From: a virus
Lineage: Duplodnaviria; Caudoviricetes
IMG/VR virus record: IMGVR_UViG_3300022602_000006
Span: 1-60,992 of that record
Length of the DNA: 60,992 nt
Direction: 5' to 3' (one strand)
Part shown: positions 8,716-17,774 of the stretch, in pieces
Layout: the number at the start of each line of letters is the position of its first letter
Position numbering within the stretch: position 1 is the first letter of the stretch
Position numbers and translations under genes: made by a program
Notes under the pieces: model-generated
Database searches by the model: none
Told to the model about the DNA's origin: nothing
Seen by the model: only the letters and a program-made list of their open reading frames with translations

Positions 8716-9399
8716 ATGTCGATTCTCAGCGAGACTATGCAGAATACTTTTAGCGACGAGCAGATTTACGCTCTAACGAAAACGGTCTCAGCAGCTACTG
8801 ATCTGACAGCGGACAATATCAAAGCGTTGCGTCCGATCCAGCAGCAGTTCAAGACCTTCTACAACCTGCTGCCGAAGGGTAAGGATGGTTGGGTCGATGA
8901 GACTTGCGACACGTTCAAGGAGTTTCGGAAGTTCTGCCGGGACTTGACCTTGAACCGTCTTGTAGGTCGCCCGGAATACACCATCTCGTACTACAAAACT
9001 CCAGACGACGCTGGCGAGCTAGTTTGGAGGCAGCAGTCGGGGAAGGTCGAGATCGACCCGGTTAAATTCCCCTGCTTCACGGTGACTGGAGCGATTGCTG
9101 ACCCTCGCGCCAAATTCAGGCACGACGACAAGACCATCTTTGAGTCTTGCGTCGAGCCTGTTCGGACTCTGATGCTCGGTGCAGAGCGTCAGACGTTCAG
9201 CCGACTGAAGCCCAAGAAGCCTCGGTCAGGCGTTACCAAAGCACAAGACTTTGGTGCCAAATTTAATGACCTGATGAAGAAAGTCTCTAACTTGCGAGAC
9301 ACTCTCAAGACCGAAGAGTTCCCCGTTAAGGACGAAACTTCCTTCAAGAAGGCCGTAGCTCAGTTGGCGATGGTGCTTGGGTTAGGTGCTCAGAAGTGA
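8716..9399 (+). CDS. Orphan hypothetical protein, 227 aa
   Basis: Start refined to ATG 8716 after GGAGG; no recognisable motif. Confidence 0.8.
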   Translation: MSILSETMQNTFSDEQIYALTKTVSAATDLTADNIKALRPIQQQFKTFYNLLPKGKDGWVDETCDTFKEFRKFCRDLTLNRLVGRPEYTISYYKTPDDAGELVWRQQSGKVEIDPVKFPCFTVTGAIADPRAKFRHDDKTIFESCVEPVRTLMLGAERQTFSRLKPKKPRSGVTKAQDFGAKFNDLMKKVSNLRDTLKTEEFPVKDETSFKKAVAQLAMVLGLGAQK

Positions 9400-9467
9400 G
9401 TCAACTTCCAATCCTACTGCTGATGATCGTTTTAGCCTTCGGGCTTCTCGCTATCAGACGTAAGTAG
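9396..9467 (+). CDS. 23-aa hydrophobic peptide MSQLPILLLMIVLAFGLLAIRRK
   Basis: GTGA overlap with upstream stop; ends just before a terminator. Confidence 0.55.
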   Translation: MSQLPILLLMIVLAFGLLAIRRK

Positions 9468-9472
9468 CTGCA

Positions 9473-9521
9473 CAGGGTGCTGTCCGAAAGGACAGCACCC
9501 TGCGCTTTTCCGCTTTCTTTT
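9473..9521 (+). terminator. Intrinsic terminator
   Basis: 13-bp stem CAGGGTGCTGTCC-GAAA-GGACAGCACCCTG then T-rich tail. Confidence 0.8.
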
Positions 9522-10062
9522 GATGCCAAACCAATGCCACCATGTCAATTAATGTTGATCGAGTTGGGCGATGTTTTGTTTAATCGAAGCTACGCGGCAG
9601 CGGTAAACGTCGTCGTCCTGCGGACGCAGGACACGACATAAACCCGCGAAGCACATTTATTCTTTTCCTCGCCGGGACGGCGAAAGCGAGACCCGAGCGC
9701 AGCGAGTCTTTCACGGTCTCGCCATATAAAATTCAAAGCTGGCTTAGTTGTCTAGATGATAGGCTGGCTTGGGCTGGCTTAGTTTTTTATCGAAGGGCTG
9801 GCTAACGCTGCTAATATTGATTGTCGAAGCTACCTGTTAGGCGCGGCAATCGGTATATCGAAGCCACCGGGTAGGTGCCCCCCACGAAGTGATAAGGTAC
9901 CTACGAAGTGCGCTTACACTTGGAAACGCACAAATCACCCCATCATTTCCCAAATAGACCCCCACCCCCCTGTATATAAAAACACCCCCCCGTCACTAAA
10001 ATGGTTCCATACCAATAGAAATCGTATATATTGTATAAATCCAAACCCTTGCAAGGCATTGC

Positions 10063-10623
10063 ATGTCGTACATGCCTGACATAGATGAAGACATTCCGTT
10101 GCCCAAAAAAGCCACGGAAGCCATGCCCGACCTGACTCCGCATGAAGAACTTGAGATGCGGGTCAACACGATGAAATTGTTGGCCGATCTAACCGGCACT
10201 CCCATCTCTCCCTCTGCCGAACATCAAGCCCAAGCAATTGAGTTGGCTAAAGAAATGACTGCCAACCCCAAGCTACGGCCTGAGTACGCCCGTTACCCGA
10301 ACGAAGTGATGGCCTATCTGGCTGGGATGGTTCAGCAGTCAAACTGCATGTTGGTCGATGACCTTGCTGAATTGAAGATGTACGTCATCAACAAGCTGGT
10401 CTATGAGGTAGAACATGCCCAAACGACCAAGGACAGACTTACTGCACTCCGTAGTTTGGGCGAAGTAGATGGTGTAGATGCCTTCAAAAAGCGCAGTGAA
10501 ACCACTCTTAAAGTGCTGCCGATTGAAGAAGTAGAACGCGAACTGCTCACGGTGCTTGATAACATCGAATACACCGTTATGGAGGAGCCGCAGGTTGAGT
10601 ACAGCCCTCAAACTGACGCCTGA
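10063..10623 (+). CDS. Putative terminase small subunit
   Basis: Position before terL; RLTALRSLGEVDGVDAF motif. Confidence 0.65.
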   Translation: MSYMPDIDEDIPLPKKATEAMPDLTPHEELEMRVNTMKLLADLTGTPISPSAEHQAQAIELAKEMTANPKLRPEYARYPNEVMAYLAGMVQQSNCMLVDDLAELKMYVINKLVYEVEHAQTTKDRLTALRSLGEVDGVDAFKKRSETTLKVLPIEEVERELLTVLDNIEYTVMEEPQVEYSPQTDA

Positions 10624-12115
10624 GAACCTTGCCAAGCTCCGTGCTGCGCTTCCGTCTATGCCAGACGCCCAGAAGCGTAAAACTGCCGATTTATTGGTCA
10701 AATACTACAAAGAAACGACCAAAACGAAGGCAAAAGACGACTTTTTGAGCTTCATTAAGCACGTTTATCCGGGCTATATGGTGGGGCCACACCATCGGAA
10801 ATTAGCCAGAATTTTTGAAGAAATTGCCTCTGGGGCTAAAAAACGGGTCATCGTTAACATCGCACCGCGTCATGGCAAGAGCGAGATGATCTCCTACCTT
10901 GCCCCGGCGTGGTTCCTTGGCAAGTATCCTCAGAAGAAAGTGATCATGGCCTCGCATACTGCTGATCTTGCAGTAAATTTCGGCCGACGTGTCCGTAACC
11001 TTGTAGGGAGCGACCTATACCATGACATCTTTCCGCAGGTCGAGCTACAAGCAGATAGCAAGAGCGCCTCTCGGTGGGGTACCAACTTTAACGGAGAGTA
11101 TTTTGCTATTGGTGTGGGTGGTGCTTTGGCTGGTCGTGGTGCCGATCTGTTCATTATTGATGACCCACACTCCGAGCAGGAAGCCAAACAAGGTGTACCA
11201 CACGTGTTTGAACCCGCGTGGGAATGGTTCCAGTCAGGCCCAATCCAACGACTGATGCCGGGGGGCGCGATCATCGTTGTGATGACGCGCTGGTCAAAGC
11301 TCGACCTGACCGGTCAGATCATCGACCACATGACCCGTAACGACGACTCTGCGGAGTGGGAAGTTATTGAGTTCCCTGCCATTTTAAATGGTCAGCCCCT
11401 TTGGCCTGAGTTCTGGCCTTTGGAAGAGTTGCTCTCCAAGAAAGCCGATATGGATCCGCGATACTGGCAAGCCCAGTACATGCAGGAGCCAACGGCAGAG
11501 GAAGGCGCTCTTATAAAGAGAGAGTGGTGGAACGTCTGGGAGCAAGACGATCCGCCACACTGCGAATTCATCATCATGGCACTCGACTCCGCACAAGAAA
11601 AGAACACCCGTGCCGACTACAACGCCCTGACTACGTGGGGGGTGTTCTTCAACGAAGAGACCAAGAACCAGAACATTATCTTGCTGAACGCCATCAAGGA
11701 ACGGATGGAGTACCCGGAGCTGAAGGAGATGGTGCTGGAGCAGTACCAAGAATGGAGTCCAGATAGCTTCATCGTTGAAAAGAAATCCAGCGGCTCGGCG
11801 CTCTACCAAGAGATGCGTCGTATGGGCGTTCCGATTATGGAGTTCACACCGGGCAAGGGCCAAGACAAGATTTCGCGTGTAAACGCGGTGACGGACTTGT
11901 TTAGATCAGGTATTGTCTGGGCACCTGACAGACGGTGGGCTAGAGAAGTCATTGAAGAATGTAATGATTTCCCGGCTGGCAAGAACGACGACTTAGTTGA
12001 CTCTACGTCGCTTGCACTGCTGCGGTTCCGTCAGGGTGGGTTTATCAAACTACCAACAGACCAGCCAGAACCAGTGCAGTGGTTCAAGTCGAAAAGGCAC
12101 AGAGGGTATTACTGA
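10556..12115 (+). CDS. terL: Terminase large subunit
   Basis: APRHGKS Walker A, IIDDP Walker B, VMTRW, nuclease DDLVDS. Confidence 0.95.
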   Translation: MITSNTPLWRSRRLSTALKLTPENLAKLRAALPSMPDAQKRKTADLLVKYYKETTKTKAKDDFLSFIKHVYPGYMVGPHHRKLARIFEEIASGAKKRVIVNIAPRHGKSEMISYLAPAWFLGKYPQKKVIMASHTADLAVNFGRRVRNLVGSDLYHDIFPQVELQADSKSASRWGTNFNGEYFAIGVGGALAGRGADLFIIDDPHSEQEAKQGVPHVFEPAWEWFQSGPIQRLMPGGAIIVVMTRWSKLDLTGQIIDHMTRNDDSAEWEVIEFPAILNGQPLWPEFWPLEELLSKKADMDPRYWQAQYMQEPTAEEGALIKREWWNVWEQDDPPHCEFIIMALDSAQEKNTRADYNALTTWGVFFNEETKNQNIILLNAIKERMEYPELKEMVLEQYQEWSPDSFIVEKKSSGSALYQEMRRMGVPIMEFTPGKGQDKISRVNAVTDLFRSGIVWAPDRRWAREVIEECNDFPAGKNDDLVDSTSLALLRFRQGGFIKLPTDQPEPVQWFKSKRHRGYY

Positions 12116-13029
12116 TGGAATCAGGCATACGCACATTGATGCAATATTACCCTTGGATGGGAAGGGTGGACGTTAACAAGGATCCGGAAGCAGCGGCAAA
12201 GATACGTTCCAAGCTGATGCCTTCAGAACAAAATCTTGTAGACACTTCTCGGATGGTGAACGTAGGCGACCCTGATGTCTACTACAGTACGTTAGGGGTC
12301 AATTTTCAAAACGCCCCCGACGCTAATAAAAAATTAGTTCCACCTACATTTGAACAAAAATTAAAACTTGTGCCTAGGGATTATGCGATCTCCGAAGCCC
12401 AATACGAAAAATTTGAAAAGCCTAGTACGAACATTTTAGGCATTGGAAGCGGGGCGAGTCCGCAGACTTTTGCCCACGAAGCTAGGCACAACGCGATAAC
12501 CAACGAGTACATTAATAGAATCCACGACATCATGGGTTCTAATTCTGCTCCTCAATATCAATCGAACATAAACGCTTTCTACCACAATTATTTTGTAGCA
12601 CAAAACCCAAACAAGTACAGCAACAAAGATTCGTTTGCTGATAAGGAAAGCAGGGTTCTTGAAGACACTAAGTCTTCCATGCTTAGAGTGGTTCCGGAAT
12701 ACAAATGGGGGAATTCGGATTTTGTGGACACTCACAAACTCTATAATCAGAGTTTTGCCAAAGGCGAAGAGCCGGGTACGTGGGACAAGCTCACTACGCA
12801 TCCGATTGACTACATAACCGGTAATGAAGTTGAAACTTCCAAAGGTGTTCTGCCAAAAACGATGCTGGAAGAACGCAATAAATTTCCATTTTTGAATTTT
12901 GTCGGAAGCGATCCCGGCCCGGTTAGTTCGGGAATGCCCGGTGATATGGAACCCAAATTCGACCCAAATAGAAATTACAAACGCGGTGGTGCCGTAGAGC
13001 GCACGACCCACGATAGGAAAATGATATGA
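12115..13029 (+). CDS. Inserted HExxH-containing protein with C-terminal YKRGG tag
   Basis: FAHEARH; start refined to ATG 12115 (TGATG coupling); AT-richer than neighbours. Confidence 0.7.
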   Translation: MESGIRTLMQYYPWMGRVDVNKDPEAAAKIRSKLMPSEQNLVDTSRMVNVGDPDVYYSTLGVNFQNAPDANKKLVPPTFEQKLKLVPRDYAISEAQYEKFEKPSTNILGIGSGASPQTFAHEARHNAITNEYINRIHDIMGSNSAPQYQSNINAFYHNYFVAQNPNKYSNKDSFADKESRVLEDTKSSMLRVVPEYKWGNSDFVDTHKLYNQSFAKGEEPGTWDKLTTHPIDYITGNEVETSKGVLPKTMLEERNKFPFLNFVGSDPGPVSSGMPGDMEPKFDPNRNYKRGGAVERTTHDRKMI

Positions 13030-15776
13030 GCATTGATAAATCCATCGGCCAAGCTCCATCAGGTCTTGCCAGTCTCACAGACGATGCTGAACCGTTGACC
13101 ATTGAGATCGTTGATCCGGAAGAGGTCAACATCCACGCTGGCCCGTTGGACATCCACATGGGGCATAGCGAACCTGCGTTCGATGCCAATATCGCGGAAG
13201 AAATGCCTGAGTCGAGTCTTGCGTCTTTGGCTTACGACTTGATGGCTGACGTGACCGAGGACATGAACGGTCGCAAGGACTGGCTTGAGATCTACATCAA
13301 GGGGTTGAAGCTGCTTGGCCTCAAGTACGAAGATCGGTCTGAGCCGTGGCCGGGAGCCAGCGGCGTCTACCATCCCTTGCTGATGGAAGCGGCGGTCAAG
13401 TTTCAATCCGACTTGATCATGGAGACTTTCCCCTCCGCTGGCCCTGTGCGTACCAAGATTATCGGTAAGGAGACTCCTGACAAGAAACAATCGGCGGCGC
13501 GGGTTCAGGAGGATATGAACTACGAGTTGACCGAGGTGATGCAGGAGTATCGCCCGGAGCATGAACGACTGCTGCTGGCTACGGCGCTCTCGGGTAATGC
13601 GTTCAAGAAAGTTTATTTTGACCCCGCACTAGACCGGCAGGTAGCGCCGTTCATCCCGGCTGAAGACATCATTGTCCCCTACGGCGCACCTAACTTACAG
13701 GCGTCGGAGCGCATTACGCACAGGATGCGTAAGACGAAAAACGAGTTGCGTCGCCTGATGGTGGCGGGGTTCTACCGCGACGTTGACCTTGGCGATCCGG
13801 TGCAGGTGTTGGACGAGATTGAGAAGCAGAAAGCCACCGAGCAGGGCTTCACGGCATCCATCGACAACCGCTATCAGTTGTTCGAGATGCACGTTGATCT
13901 GGACTTGGAAGGGTATGAGGACACCGACAAGCATGGCGAACCAACGGGAATCAAACTACCTTACGTGGTTACGGTTGAGAAGGGGACAAACACTATCCTC
14001 GCCATACGCCGCAACTGGCTGGAGGACGACAAGCTCAAGCAGAGACGGCAACATTTCGTTCACTACGGTTACATACCGGGATTTGGGTTCTATTACTTCG
14101 GTCTCATACACCTTATCGGTGGTCATACCCACACAGCCACATCCCTCATGCGGCAGCTTATCGACGCGGGTACGCTTAGCAATCTGCCGGGGGGTCTTAA
14201 GGCTCGCGGTATGCGTGTTAAGGGGGATGATACCCCCATCGCTCCGGGTGAATTCCGAGATGTAGATCTTCCTTCAGGTGCCATACGGGACAACATCCTC
14301 CCGCTTCCATACAAGGAACCATCGCAGGTTCTGATGGCACTAATGGACAAAGTTGTGGCTGACGGTCGTCAGTTTGCCGCAACGGCTGAGCTGAACATAT
14401 CCGATATGTCGGCACAGGCACCGGTAGGCACGACGCTTGCCATTCTTGAACGCGTGATGAAAGTGATGAGCGCCGTTCAAGCGCGCATTCACTACACCAT
14501 GAAGGACGAGTTCAAGCTCCTTGCAGCCATTATCAGGGATAACACCCCGGAGAGCTATGACTACCAACCCGAGATTGGAGACGCAGGTGCTAAGCGTTCT
14601 GATTACGATTGTTGCGATGTCATTCCTGTTTCCGACCCTAACGCATCAACTATGGCGCAGCGTGTGGTGCAGTATCAGGCGGTCATGCAGCTTGCTCAGC
14701 AAGCGCCTCAGATCTATGACCTTCCGTTCCTCCACCGACAGATGATTGAGGTGCTGGGCGTCAAGAACGCCCAGAAGATCGTGCCGCTCAAAGACGATAT
14801 GCTGCCGGTTGATCCGGTGTCGGAGAACATGGGCCTCTTGATCAACAAGCCGGTCAAGGCGTTCATGTACCAAGATCACAAGGCTCACTTGCTGGTACAC
14901 AACGCTCTGTTGCACGACCCGTTGATGGCGGCGCAGATCGGACAGAACCCACAGGCTCCTCAGATCATGGCAGCGGTCAACGCTCATATCATGGAGCATC
15001 TGGCGTATCAGTATCGGGCTGATATCCAGACCAAGCTCGGTGCTGTCCTACCCCCGCCGCCCAAGGCCATGCAAGCGGGTTCGGACATGTCGGAGGACAA
15101 CGATCCGGGCTTCCTGCCACCAGAAGAGGAGGTTCAGATCTCGCAGCTTGCGGCACTCGCAGCTCAGCAGTTGATGCAGCAGAACCAAGCGAAACAACAA
15201 CAGCAGCAGATCCAGCAGCAGATGCAGGATCCGTTGATCCAGTTGCAGCAGCAGGAGATCCAGCTCAAACAACAGCAGATGCAGCTAGATGCGCAGTTGA
15301 AACAGGCCGATCTACAGTTCCGTCAACAACAGGCGGCTGCGGACAACCAACTGAAGCAGCAGCAGTTCCAGATGGAGATCCAGCTACAACAAGAACAGCT
15401 TGCACAGAAAAGCAAGATCGACATGTTGGCCGCTGCCTCCAAGGTGGACGAGACTCGTATCAAGAGTCAACAAGCCGACAAAACGCACGAGCTGGAGAGC
15501 GCACGTCTTGGCGTCGAGGTTGCCAAGCACAAGGCAGAACAGCGCATGGCTGGTGCCAAGATGGGCGCAGAGATCGCCAAGCACAAGGTTGACAAAGCAC
15601 ATGATCGTGTCAAGACCGGTGTGGATGCACTCAAACATGCCGTGTCGGTACGCAACGACAACAATCGCGCTGAAGCTGATCGTCAGCATGAAGCCGCAGA
15701 GAATGAAGCAAATCGCCAAGCACAGGCGCAACAGGTTCAAGAGCAACCGCCGCAGGGCGCAGAGGAAAGTGAATGA
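13026..15776 (+). CDS. Portal protein with long Gln-rich C-terminal coiled coil
   Basis: Size, position after terL, GNAFKKVYFD, GFYYFGL motifs. Confidence 0.9.
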   Translation: MSIDKSIGQAPSGLASLTDDAEPLTIEIVDPEEVNIHAGPLDIHMGHSEPAFDANIAEEMPESSLASLAYDLMADVTEDMNGRKDWLEIYIKGLKLLGLKYEDRSEPWPGASGVYHPLLMEAAVKFQSDLIMETFPSAGPVRTKIIGKETPDKKQSAARVQEDMNYELTEVMQEYRPEHERLLLATALSGNAFKKVYFDPALDRQVAPFIPAEDIIVPYGAPNLQASERITHRMRKTKNELRRLMVAGFYRDVDLGDPVQVLDEIEKQKATEQGFTASIDNRYQLFEMHVDLDLEGYEDTDKHGEPTGIKLPYVVTVEKGTNTILAIRRNWLEDDKLKQRRQHFVHYGYIPGFGFYYFGLIHLIGGHTHTATSLMRQLIDAGTLSNLPGGLKARGMRVKGDDTPIAPGEFRDVDLPSGAIRDNILPLPYKEPSQVLMALMDKVVADGRQFAATAELNISDMSAQAPVGTTLAILERVMKVMSAVQARIHYTMKDEFKLLAAIIRDNTPESYDYQPEIGDAGAKRSDYDCCDVIPVSDPNASTMAQRVVQYQAVMQLAQQAPQIYDLPFLHRQMIEVLGVKNAQKIVPLKDDMLPVDPVSENMGLLINKPVKAFMYQDHKAHLLVHNALLHDPLMAAQIGQNPQAPQIMAAVNAHIMEHLAYQYRADIQTKLGAVLPPPPKAMQAGSDMSEDNDPGFLPPEEEVQISQLAALAAQQLMQQNQAKQQQQQIQQQMQDPLIQLQQQEIQLKQQQMQLDAQLKQADLQFRQQQAAADNQLKQQQFQMEIQLQQEQLAQKSKIDMLAAASKVDETRIKSQQADKTHELESARLGVEVAKHKAEQRMAGAKMGAEIAKHKVDKAHDRVKTGVDALKHAVSVRNDNNRAEADRQHEAAENEANRQAQAQQVQEQPPQGAEESE

Positions 15777-15967
15777 ACTATGACTCGTTACATGACTATC
15801 TAAAGGACAAGTTAATAGGGGAAAAAGAACGAGCCACCTTCAATCTAATTGGAGGAAAGGCAACGCAGAATGAGTATCACAGACTATGCGGAGTCATTCA
15901 GGGTCTCGACTACGCAGTAGCATTATTGGACGACCTTGCAAAACGGATGGAGAACGACGATGAGTGA
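15773..15967 (+). CDS. Small conserved head-module protein
   Basis: Y..LCGVIQGL motif; couples portal to GroES. Confidence 0.75.
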   Translation: MNYDSLHDYLKDKLIGEKERATFNLIGGKATQNEYHRLCGVIQGLDYAVALLDDLAKRMENDDE

Positions 15968-16340
15968 TATTGATGTCGAGGCAACACAAGATGTTGTGTT
16001 GAAAGCCAAACAGATCCCCGATCCGTCTGGTTACAAGATTCTCTGCATGGTGCCAAAGATCGACGCGACCTTTGGTGAGTCTGGGATCATCAAACCCGAG
16101 TCGGTGATCGAAGGCGAGCAAAGCTCAACCGTCGTACTGTTCGTGGCAAAAGTAGGCCCACAGGCTTACGCCGACAAGGATCGGTTTCCGAATGGCCCGT
16201 GGTGCAAAATTGGGGACTTCATCCTCGTCCGTGCGTACTCAGGTACCCGTTTGAAGATCCACGGTACCGAGTGGCGAATCATCAACGATGACACCGTGGA
16301 AGGGGTTGTTGAAGACCCTCGCGGCATCAATCGCGTTTAA
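15960..16340 (+). CDS. groES: Co-chaperonin GroES-like protein
   Basis: PSGYKIL, SGIIKP, VGP, GPWCKIGDFIL, IINDD. Confidence 0.88.
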   Translation: MSDIDVEATQDVVLKAKQIPDPSGYKILCMVPKIDATFGESGIIKPESVIEGEQSSTVVLFVAKVGPQAYADKDRFPNGPWCKIGDFILVRAYSGTRLKIHGTEWRIINDDTVEGVVEDPRGINRV

Positions 16341-16349
16341 GGAGTTCAC

Positions 16350-17300
16350 ATGTCAGCAAACCTAGAAGAATACAAGTTCCCCGATGAGGCTTCTAAAGAG
16401 GAAGCCAAACCAGAAACAGAAGTCGCTATTGAAGTTGTAGACGATACGCCGCCTGAAGATCGCGGTCGTGTTCCTCTCCCCAAGGAAGTTCTAGACAAGG
16501 CGGTCGATGACCCTCTTGATGAGTACTCGGACAAGGTTCAAGCGAGGATCAAACAGCTTCGCAAGGGTGTCCACGACGAACGTCGGGAGAAAGAAAGAGC
16601 CGCCCGTGAACGTGAGGAAGCGTTGACTTTCGCTCAACAAGTTCATCAAGAAAATCAATTACTTAAGCAGCGTATCGGACAAAACCAGAAAGCTTACGTC
16701 AACGAAGCCACTCGCTCTGCTGAAACCGAAGTCAGTATGGCGATGGAGAAGATGGAACAAGCTTATGAGTCGGGCGATGCCAAGCGTATCGCCAAAGCTC
16801 AGTCAGACCTTACCGATGCCAAGTTGAAACTGAGGGAGTATCAATCCTTTAGACCGGCTTTACAAGACAATGAGACAAGTGTACAACAGCAACAACAGGC
16901 AAGGCCGGTACAGCGACCACAGGTTGATCCCAAGGCAGAAACTTGGCGTCAACGGAACACGTGGTTCGGTACCGACGAGGAAATGACCTCCCTCGCCCTT
17001 GGACTGCATGAAAAGTTGGTCAGATCTGGTGTAGACCCGCGCAGCGATGCCTACTACCAGCAGGTTGATGCGACGATGAAAAAACGGTTTCCCGATTACT
17101 TCGGAGAGATCGCACCCTCGGAACCGGAGCCTGAAAAGCCCGTCCGCAAGACCAGCACTGTTGTGGCCCCGGCTACTCGGTCTACTGCGCCCAAACAGGT
17201 TCGTATCACAGCTTCACAGGCAGCGATTGCCAAAAAGCTCGGTATCACCCCTGAAGCGTATGTCCGCGAAGTTTTGAAACTGGAGAACAACAATGTCTGA
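16350..17300 (+). CDS. Capsid scaffolding protein
   Basis: Acidic coiled coil; C-terminal AIAKKLGITPEAY; position. Confidence 0.75.
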   Translation: MSANLEEYKFPDEASKEEAKPETEVAIEVVDDTPPEDRGRVPLPKEVLDKAVDDPLDEYSDKVQARIKQLRKGVHDERREKERAAREREEALTFAQQVHQENQLLKQRIGQNQKAYVNEATRSAETEVSMAMEKMEQAYESGDAKRIAKAQSDLTDAKLKLREYQSFRPALQDNETSVQQQQQARPVQRPQVDPKAETWRQRNTWFGTDEEMTSLALGLHEKLVRSGVDPRSDAYYQQVDATMKKRFPDYFGEIAPSEPEPEKPVRKTSTVVAPATRSTAPKQVRITASQAAIAKKLGITPEAYVREVLKLENNNV

Positions 17301-17751
17301 TAATCGTCTTACTCGTGAATTGCAGAACCGTCAGTCTGAAGAACGCGTCATGACTTGGAGGCCACCAGAAACGCTTCCGATGCCCGATGCGAGCAAACAC
17401 CCTGACCATGTTCATCGGTATATCAGAGTGTCGTTGATGGGGAACGCTGACCCAACCAATGCACCTGCGAAGTTTAGAGAGGGATGGGAGCCGGTGAAAG
17501 CCGCCGACTATCCTGAGTTGATGCAGGAATCCAATCCCAATAGTCGTTACAAGGACAACATTGAGATTGGAGGTTTGTTGTTGTGCAAGGCACCCAAGTC
17601 TCTGATGAAGCAGCGCAGCGATTATTACAACGCGCAAGCCAACAATCAGATGTCTGCCGTGGACAATAACTTCATGAAACAGAACGACGAGCGGATGCCT
17701 CTCTTCCAAGAGAAGCGATCCAGCACGACGTTCGGTCGTGGCACTAAATAA
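17293..17751 (+). CDS. Conserved head-module protein
   Basis: REGWEPVKA, GGLLLCK motifs. Confidence 0.7.
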   Translation: MSDNRLTRELQNRQSEERVMTWRPPETLPMPDASKHPDHVHRYIRVSLMGNADPTNAPAKFREGWEPVKAADYPELMQESNPNSRYKDNIEIGGLLLCKAPKSLMKQRSDYYNAQANNQMSAVDNNFMKQNDERMPLFQEKRSSTTFGRGTK

Positions 17752-17774
17752 TTTTTGTCTTTTAGGAGACTTCA

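Noticed and set aside
15170-15400. CAG-rich tract as a contingency repeat
   Set aside because: Mixed CAG/CAA codons encoding the Gln-rich portal coiled coil, not a pure slippage tract
16859-16887. Internal promoter TTTACA-17-TACAAC in the scaffold gene, with similar GTGTAyAA at 19631
   Set aside because: Plausible but too degenerate to support without TSS data
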